Source: Blastocystis sp. Blastoise (taxonomy: Eukaryota > Protista > Bigyra: Opalinata). Taken from it: a DNA stretch of 64,000 bases. The stretch lies in contig JBBPEB010000034.1 of the NCBI GenBank assembly GCA_039096225.1, positions 124,001-188,000 on the forward strand, written 5' to 3'. This document shows positions 50,615 to 64,000 of this stretch, piece after piece (within the stretch, counting starts at the first letter, position 1; each line of letters opens with the position of its first letter). The notes under the pieces were generated by a model that did not search any database, was not told where the DNA came from, and saw nothing but the letters and a program-made list of their open reading frames with translations. The position numbers were made by a program, and so were the translations under genes.

Positions 50615-51151
50615 TTACTAATGAATTGTCTTCTTTTCTATTTTTATACATTTATTTTAAATATACATATTATCTGTACCATTGAATCCTTATTTATTTA
50701 GTTGCTACTAAAATATATGTGATAGTAGCATCGCTTTTATTTGTAGTTCATTTATGTTGTTGTTGTATTTTTATTTTCTTTTGTTTGTTCAGATATTCTA
50801 TTGTTATTTTCTATTTGACAAGATACAGAATTCAATATTAGCTATAAAACGAACTATTACTGTAGTCTCAAGAGTAATTAATGGAATCACATTATCCCTA
50901 AAATACTAAATCTAAATTTAAATATCTCATCATATACTTGGTGATGTTGCCCAAACCATTAAAGTAGATCAGGAAATTTCTTTCTTATGTTCTTATAAAT
51001 AAGAAAAGCCAATATACTAAAATGATTTTTTCAAGTGTATTACATCAATTTACCGTGATTCTCTTAGAAAACAGCTTTTTTGCCTTTTTTAAAGTTGGTT
51101 TAAAAACCCTTTTCTATTTTAAATATATAGTAGTTACTCATAGATTCATAA

Positions 51152-51944
51152 ATGAAATGTATTTTAATACATACTTTAATGATTAAATTTATTTTTCTTC
51201 AGATTACATTCCTAAGGTTGGTGATTGTATAATTGGTACAGTGATTAATCGTTTTGCAGAAGATTATATACTTGATATCAATGCATCTTACAGTGGAAGA
51301 TTGGCTGAAACAGCATTTGAAGGAGCTACAAAGAGAAACAAACCTTTTATTGAGGTATTTTTTTATAAACAATTCTTTATTAACCTTAATTTATGTCAAT
51401 TATTATTTTTATAGGTGGGTAGTTTGATTTATTGTCGTGTTCAAAGAGCTTTACCAGGAATGCAACCAGAATTAACTTGTATTGCAGCTTCTGGATTAAG
51501 AAAAGATTGGGCATCTGGTGAAACTTTATTTGGAGAACTCAAACAAGGATATTGCTTTAAAACAGATTCTGAAACGATTCATCAGTAATTTTTTTTTTCA
51601 TTTTTTATATTATAATTACTATTTGTTTCCTTATTATCTATTTTATTCAAGAGAAAACGTTCTTATTGATCAGTTAACATAATTCTATAAATTATGATAT
51701 TATCTATAGATTAACTAAAGGTACAAGTGAACTTCTTAAAATATTAGGTTCAACAATTCCTTTTGAAATTGCTATTGGAATGAATAATTATATATGGGTA
51801 AATAGTACAACCACAAAGAATATAATAACAATAACAAACTCTATTATTAATGGTAAAATCACAATAACACAAACAAATGATGACGAAGAAGAAAAAGAAG
51901 AATCAAATACAGAAGAACCACAAGAAACCAAAGAAGAAGAATGA
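51152..51944 (+). CDS. RRP40: Exosome cap subunit Rrp40/EXOSC3 (S1 plus KH; 4 exons)
   Basis: YIPKVGDCIIGTV, AFEGATKRNKP, VGSLIYCRV, PELTC, FGELKQG and PFEIAIGMNNYIWV. Confidence 0.92.
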
Positions 51945-52665
51945 ATAAATAGTCTTGTTTGAAATATCTACTTTTTCTGTGATTTTATGTGTTAATCTCT
52001 ATTTGTATATGCTTTTTTCTATATTCTTAAATGTGACTCAATGGTAATATTTGATATTCTTGACTTTTTGTTTTGTGTTTTTCTTTCAAATCATAATTTT
52101 GTTTAAATTTCATGATCATTTCAATTTTTTAAAAGCAAGTCTATGAATAAACAGTATATCACTTTAAAATATATTAAGGCTAAATGTTGTTTTTGAATAT
52201 AAATTGGCATCTTTTTTCTTTATTATTTGAAATTGACAGTGACTAACAAAAAAAAACATTATACTTGATTTTTGCGAAATTTCTGCGATACATCTTTTTT
52301 AAATTATAAGCGAATAACAGTTTGAAATGAATACTGTAACAGATCTGCAATTAGTCACTCATAAAATATACATCACAGTATTCATTATAATGTATTCTTC
52401 AATTTAAACTGCATATATATATCTAAAAAAGCATAAAATGGTCTTAATTTGAATCAAATAAGTTTTTCAAGAAAGAATTTCTATTTTCCGCTATTGATAC
52501 AAAAATAAATAAGGGAAAACAGTTTCATGATACAATTTTTGTTGTCCATTATTACTTTGTAGTTGATTGCTTATATTTGAGATAAGTCATAAACAAGTAT
52601 ACTTCAATTAAAAACTTCATGATAATGCATCCTATATTTTTATTATATTACCATCATTTTTATAG

Positions 52666-53387
52666 ATGTCAACAAAAATGGAATTAAAAAGCTCCTATAC
52701 AAAGGACGAATATATTCAAGGGATGAAAAACGTTCAAAGGAAATACGAGAAACAAATATTTGTATATTCCTTATGAATCATTGGTCTTCTTTTTGTAATA
52801 CATGTCTTCTATAGCAACTTCAAAAATCTGTTGCCTCATTGGAGAATCAGAATTCATTATTGTCAGCCGATCAAAAGAGTATTCGTGAATTTTTTTGTGA
52901 TGAATTAACTGTTCCTTATACTGAAGGAGTATTTTAATATATTTTTATATTAATTTTTATTTTAGTTTTTATTATTTTAATTATTTTTGTATCGTTTTAG
53001 ACGTCTTTAGAGGAATTACAAGTACGATTCAAAGGTCAACAACGTAAACGTGAAGAAGAATTACAAGGTCTAATCGCTGAGCATAATAGAAATTGGAGTG
53101 AAACTTTTCAAAGTATATATAAGTTTTTATAAATATAGTTATATTGTAATCAATCTTGAACTATTTTATCTATTTTTTTTATATACTTCTTAGAACTGAA
53201 ATTAACCTTAAAAACAAATCAACTTGATATAACAAGATGTATGAAAGAACTTGATAATTTAACGTATTTATTATGTTTTTAAATATTATATATATATATA
53301 TAGTAAACAAAATAAATCAAAAGAACTTAATTTACCTGTATATATTATTATTATTATCTGAGATATTATTATTATTATTATCTGAGA

Positions 53388-53467
<80 letters not shown>

Positions 53468-55540
53468 GGATGTAGATAAGTTATATGAGGATATAGAGTC
53501 AACAGAAGAGAGCTATGGAAATAGTTATGTCACTTTTCAACAAACAGCTATTCTACAAGTATATTGTTCTATTATTATAGTTAGTTTTATATTATTATGT
53601 TATTTTGTTTTATTCATATTCTCTTTTTATTATATAGATATATATATGTATATATATATATATAGTTACAAAGTGAATTGAATTCGAGTAAATCGAAAAT
53701 TGCTCAACAGGAGGAACGTATTAAATCTTTAGAAGTATATATATATATATTAACTCTTTTATAATGACTATATATATTATATAATGTATATAATAATATG
53801 TTATTTCAATATAATTATAAAAAAAGCAAAGATTGATTTCATTCTGATTTCTTCATTACACGTGCACTTTTTCTATAGAATGTTCTTACAAACGTCGAAT
53901 TCTTTAAACAAAATGAAACTGTTCAACTGGATGATGTATATATATTATATTTATTTATTTATTTATTTATATATTTTATTATATTTATTTATTTATTTAT
54001 TAGATATATGTACATGTTATTTCTCTCTCTCTATATATATATATATATATAGAGTGTTTATCGTAATTTACATGTTGATTATTTCAAGTTATGTGAGATG
54101 CTTAAAGAGAAATGTTTATATATATCCACATTAGAGAAGAATGTAACTACACTCAAAGTAAACATTATATCTATTCTATTTATTATATGTATTCTATATA
54201 TTATATCTATTTTATTTATTATATTATATATATTATATCTATTATATTATATATATCCATATACAGAATAAATTAGCAGATATAACCGTGAATAAACGTC
54301 AACAAAAAGAAGTTATTCTTTCTCTTCAGCATCAACTCTCTCAGCATACCGCCACTATTGCTCTCATGCCCGCCACACCGAATGGAACACGTATATATAT
54401 ATATATTATTATTATATTTATTCTCTTTATCATCTTCTTCTTATTATATGTATACCTATACTTATTATTACTTACTATTATTATTTAATACTATTCTTTA
54501 TTATTATTATATGCATACATTCTCATCTTCTTTTACATGTTTCTTATTCCCGCGGTTATTTCTAGTTACTACAGAGTTCTCTATGTCACCTGACGTGAAT
54601 AGCGAGATTGTGTCTCTCTCAGAAGCCAATCAAATCGACAGAAATGGAACTTCTACACCTACTACCCCCTCTGTCACTATCCCTGCTACAGAAGACAATA
54701 ACCGCGGTAATTTCGCTGAATATGAACAATTACTTGTATATACTGTTTATTATTATTAATATATATATTATTATTATTATTATTATTATTATATAGGAAG
54801 AAAATAGAAGATTAAAATCTGAAATGAAACAATTAACTAGTGATCATATTAAGGTTAAGAATCAGTATTTAAGTTCAATAAAAGATATAGAAACAACTGA
54901 GAAACAGAATGAAGAATTAGAGAAGGATATCGAAACATATAAAGAGGAAAACAATGAACTGAATAAAGAAATGGATGATTATATGACAGCATTAACAAAT
55001 CATCAACAAACTATTAATGGAATTAGATCCTTGATTCAATCTCCTGATAATAAATTCACTACTAAAAAGAGTGACAAGACACCTCTTTTTATCGATGAAG
55101 ATACGAAGAATCAAATTAATAAGTCTATTGCTACTGCCAATGATATAAATCAATTTTTATATAATAAACTTCAATTCTATAAGGCAAAATATAATAGTAT
55201 ATGTCTTAATAAGCAGGATATTTCCACGGGAATTGAAGAAGATGATATGGAAGATAGACCCCATAATCTTGAATATATGAAATCTGTTCTTCTTAAATAT
55301 TTTTCATTCCCTGAAAAGAGTATTGACAGAACTCGTCTTCTCCCCGTGATTAAAGTACTCTATAATATGAATGATACAGAAATACAAGTATATATATATA
55401 TAATAATAATAGAAATAGTTATTATTATTATGGTTAATTATTATTATTCCGTTTAAATATTTATTCCCGTGATTATTTCTACAGACCCTTAATGGCGGGA
55501 ATCCACTTCCAAAACAATTCAACGTAGCTTTAGCTAGGTA

Positions 55541-55588
<48 letters not shown>

Positions 55589-55672
55589 CAATAATTATTC
55601 TATAGTTTTGATCCAGATACAGCTGTTGATTTTAATCATTTACAAAATATATTTAGAGATAAAGTTCGATAA
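52666..55672 (+). CDS. Coiled-coil GRIP-domain golgin (multi-exon; start uncertain)
   Basis: Heptad-rich exons. C-terminal NLEYMKSVLLKYF...RTRLLPVIKVLYNMNDTEIQ fits the GRIP consensus (NxEYLKNVxxxF...LxPVIxxxLxF). Confidence 0.8.
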
Positions 55673-56456
55673 ATATATATATATACTTTATTATTCAATT
55701 TATATATATTTTTTTATATTATTATATTAACCCATATTATATATGTGTTTATTTATTCATTCATTATGTATCTCTGGATATATCTATATTTATTGTTATA
55801 TTAACATTATGAAATTTTTATTTGTTGATAATTAACCATACAAATGTATGTTATTATTGAATAATTTTTTTTTTGTATTTTAATTATCTGAATTCTTATC
55901 CAAGTATTGATTATATTATCCATATAGTTCCAATATTTTAAATTTATCTTTTTTTAAATTTTGTTTTTAACATGATTCCGTTATTCATTTTTGCTCATTG
56001 TTTTGCACCACTCAATTATGACGCTCACTCTCTATTATTGTGACCATAATCCTAACACTTCTTAATCACTTTCATAATTCAATTATTAGTCCTGTTTATT
56101 CCTATGCTTGTCAGATTCTTACATCGATCATTTTTTATTGCTGTGATATACAATCATTAAAATAGCCTTTGCTTATAACATTTTCTAATTCGACAAAAAG
56201 AATCACATTAGAATATAAACTACGTTTTAAAATATGACTACATTGACTGTCTTATATCTTTAGCATATATACTACGTTCAAGAGTCCTAGATATGGTAGA
56301 AACTACTTGATCTAGTTTCTAAAAAAATAATATTTTTCCCATCATTATCCTGATAAATTAACCGAGACACAATAAATAATCCTTAGAAATTATTCTTTTT
56401 ATTTAAAAAAGTTTAAATTTATAATTTGATTATTTTTTTTTTCGTTACAACTAATC

Positions 56457-61288
<4,832 letters not shown>

Positions 61289-62838
61289 ACATGTGATTTT
61301 AAAGAAAAAATTTCTTATATATAATACTTTCTATAGAGAATATTCGAATTTCCACGCAAAATCTGATTTATATATTAATATTATGTGAATGTTTTTTAAT
61401 TTATATTCATATTATTTATATATATCTATCCCAACATGTATTCATTTTCTTATATTACTATTCTTTTTATTGATTTCACTTCTGTATATATATTCATATA
61501 TATATGTATTTTTTGTAATGTTTAGCAACTATTCTGATTGTAGAAACACAAGTCACATAGTATTGCTTTTCTTTAAATATAATTATGTATTTAAATTCTA
61601 CTATTTTATTTCCTATTTTCTTTTTTTCTCTATATAAATTATATACTATTATATTTCTCTGTCTTTTTCTCTCAAGTACTTCTAGTAAGTTTTTATTATA
61701 TATTTTAGTTCTCTCTCTTGTATATTTATGGTTTATGATATATGTTTATATACAATATATATATTTAGTATATATATAATATAATATATAATATATGTAT
61801 TATATATAATATATATATACTTTTCTTTTGGTGTTATTATCCCCCTATCATTCATTTATGGTTTTCTTTTTTATCTTTTTATTTATCTTCTTTTCTTACT
61901 TAGTATTTTGTGTGATTTTTAATATATATATATATATAAATATCAGACGAATTATTCCTTTTTTTTCAATAATATATATATATTCTTTATCATAGAGTTA
62001 TATTCTTTATTTTTGTTCTTGCTATATATATATTTGATCTTCAATTTAATTGAATCAATCTATTTTTTGAATAATTATATATATATATGTATATATTGAA
62101 AAGTATTTCTCAGTTTTATTTTCTAATTTATTCTCAAATCTATTCAATCAATATTTATTTGTTTTTTATATAGCTTTATATAAATATTGGATTCTTAGTA
62201 TATATATTATTTTATATTAGGTTTTTATTTATTTTTATTTCGTTTTCTTTATGATATCATGTATTTTTTTTTTTTTTTTAATATTATAATTCTTTTTTGT
62301 TACTTATTCCTAACGTATTTTTTATTGTAATTTTTTTAAATTATTTTTTACAATAATATCATGCGTTGTACGCTTTGCTACTAATTCTAATTGTCATATT
62401 TCTTCATGATAATACAATAGTTTTCTTTTATGATTTAAATAATTGTTTTGTTTTCTTCCTATCAATGTTTGGAACTCGTTGTTGAAAGTTTTCATCAAAA
62501 TACGAAATACAAAAACATCGACTCTCGTCAATTCATGAGATAGTTTCATATTTTTATAAAGACATTACTTCTTAATGTATCATATTGACAACTAAATCAA
62601 TATAGTATGCTAGAAATCCGACAGTGAAGAATAATTAAGAATTTATCAAAATCCCAATAAAAAAGACTTCTCTTCATTTCATTTAAATCCCTTTGATGTG
62701 ATGTAATGTATCGAATCACCATGATTCCTCGTTACTTATCATTTAGTATTACTGAAATACATAAATTCTTTTTGTTGAAAGTGTTAATTCATCTGTCAAC
62801 TTGATATTTTTACTATTGATTACTATCATTAATCTTTT

Positions 62839-64000
62839 ATGAGTGAAGACATTAATAGAAATTCATTACAAGAAGTTAAATCAATAAATGAAGAACTTAT
62901 TCCTCAAAACAAAGAAAAAAATGGTCTTTCACTTGCTTCTTTAAATTCAGCTAAGAAGAAGGCTGTTGATTTTCTTGTGTCTAAATTTAAATCGAATGAG
63001 AATCAAAATCATGATAAAAACAAGGCTATATCAACAAATGATCTTGCTATTCATCCATCACTTCTTAGTAATTATCATCCACTACGATATAGTGATGGTG
63101 GTATATCATCATATTATAATCCATTATTAACTATATTTGATCGTGAAAAACAATCTGAGTGTCTCTCCACTGACGACACTCAGTCCATTCCTTCTCCTTG
63201 TACTAATCAACTAAAAAGTATTTATATGTATTATATGGTATTATATGTATAATATATTATTAATTTATTTTCATAGGATCTTTCTCTTCTTCTTCTTCTT
63301 CTTCATCTTCTTCTTCATCTTCATCTTCATCTTCATCATCTTTTTCATCTTCTTCTTCTTCATCTTCATCATCTTCATCTCCTTCTTCTCTACTGGAGTC
63401 AGAAAATAGTAATCATTATTTTTATTCTATCATTTTCTCTCTTCTATATATACATATATATAGATGACATAACTGATATTACTACAAAAGGAACTATGAA
63501 TACTCAAAATACTACATCAAACACACTTACTAAAACTATTAATATTCCTTCCTCCGTCGATGCTATTACTTCAACATTGAACACAATTAATTCAAATAAA
63601 TTACCACAAAATATTCATATTTATACTCAACAGAATATATATAATCACGGGAATCTATATACCACCACTATACAGCCTTCAGATTCCCGTGGGAAGGGCT
63701 CATTCCTAACTCCAGAGAAAAGTACAGATTCCCCAACAGAAAAATCAGATATCTATAATTCTATCGTTAATAAAGACAAAATAATCGCGGGAGATATTGA
63801 TGATATTGAGAAAGGAGTTAAAGAGATAGATATAAATACAAAAATGGAGCCCAAGTCATTATGTGAAAAGTTTTTTAATTATTTAAGTGACCAAAAGAAG
63901 TTATTTATAATTGTTCCTTTCATTTTATTACTTCTTATTCAGGTATATATCAATTATTATGATTTATAATTCTTTATGATTATTATTATTTTCCATACTA
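62839..64000 (+). CDS. 5' part of an unknown gene (Ser/Thr-rich N-terminus, first hydrophobic segment near 63900); runs off the window end
   Basis: Exons at 62839-, 63278- (poly-Ser) and 63464-, ending LFIIVPFILLLLIQ at a GT donor. Confidence 0.55.

Overview
This is very AT-rich (about 20% GC by eye), gene-dense, intron-rich nuclear DNA from a unicellular eukaryote. It is most consistent with a low-GC Blastocystis/opalinatan-type stramenopile. That assignment is an inference from the very short 5' introns (25-50 nt), a TxH-type MAPK and TGTTTGTT boxes downstream of several genes. I reconstructed 22 protein genes by hand-splicing: GT31 glycosyltransferase (partial), TOM1-like VHS-GAT, SLC5A7-like choline transporter, NC2beta/Dr1, Mps1/TTK, an LRR-SAPS fusion, RPS29, mitochondrial-type Hsp70, a CaaX ubiquitin-fold protein, QTRT1, an orphan, an atypical MAPK, a ~1800-aa low-complexity protein, Ac45/VOA1-like, a TALE homeobox, a C2/PH/WW/PDZ-like protein, a PHD-fused AMT1/MTA1-type MT-A70 methyltransferase, PHF5A, Rrp40, a GRIP golgin, TBCCD1-like and a partial unknown gene. 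I saw no tRNA, rRNA, CRISPR array or transposon. Four things stand out. (1) An AMT1-class DNA 6mA (ApT) methyltransferase carries its own H3K4me3-type PHD reader. (2) A GC-rich degenerate palindrome (ideal form ATTCCCGCGGGAAT) occurs at least 32 times in exons and introns, almost always in distal gene bodies. (3) (AT)n tracts fill distal introns but avoid the first few hundred bases of genes. (4) Several introns appear to be AT-AG, which may be real or a polishing artefact. All exon boundaries are manual and need RNA-seq confirmation.
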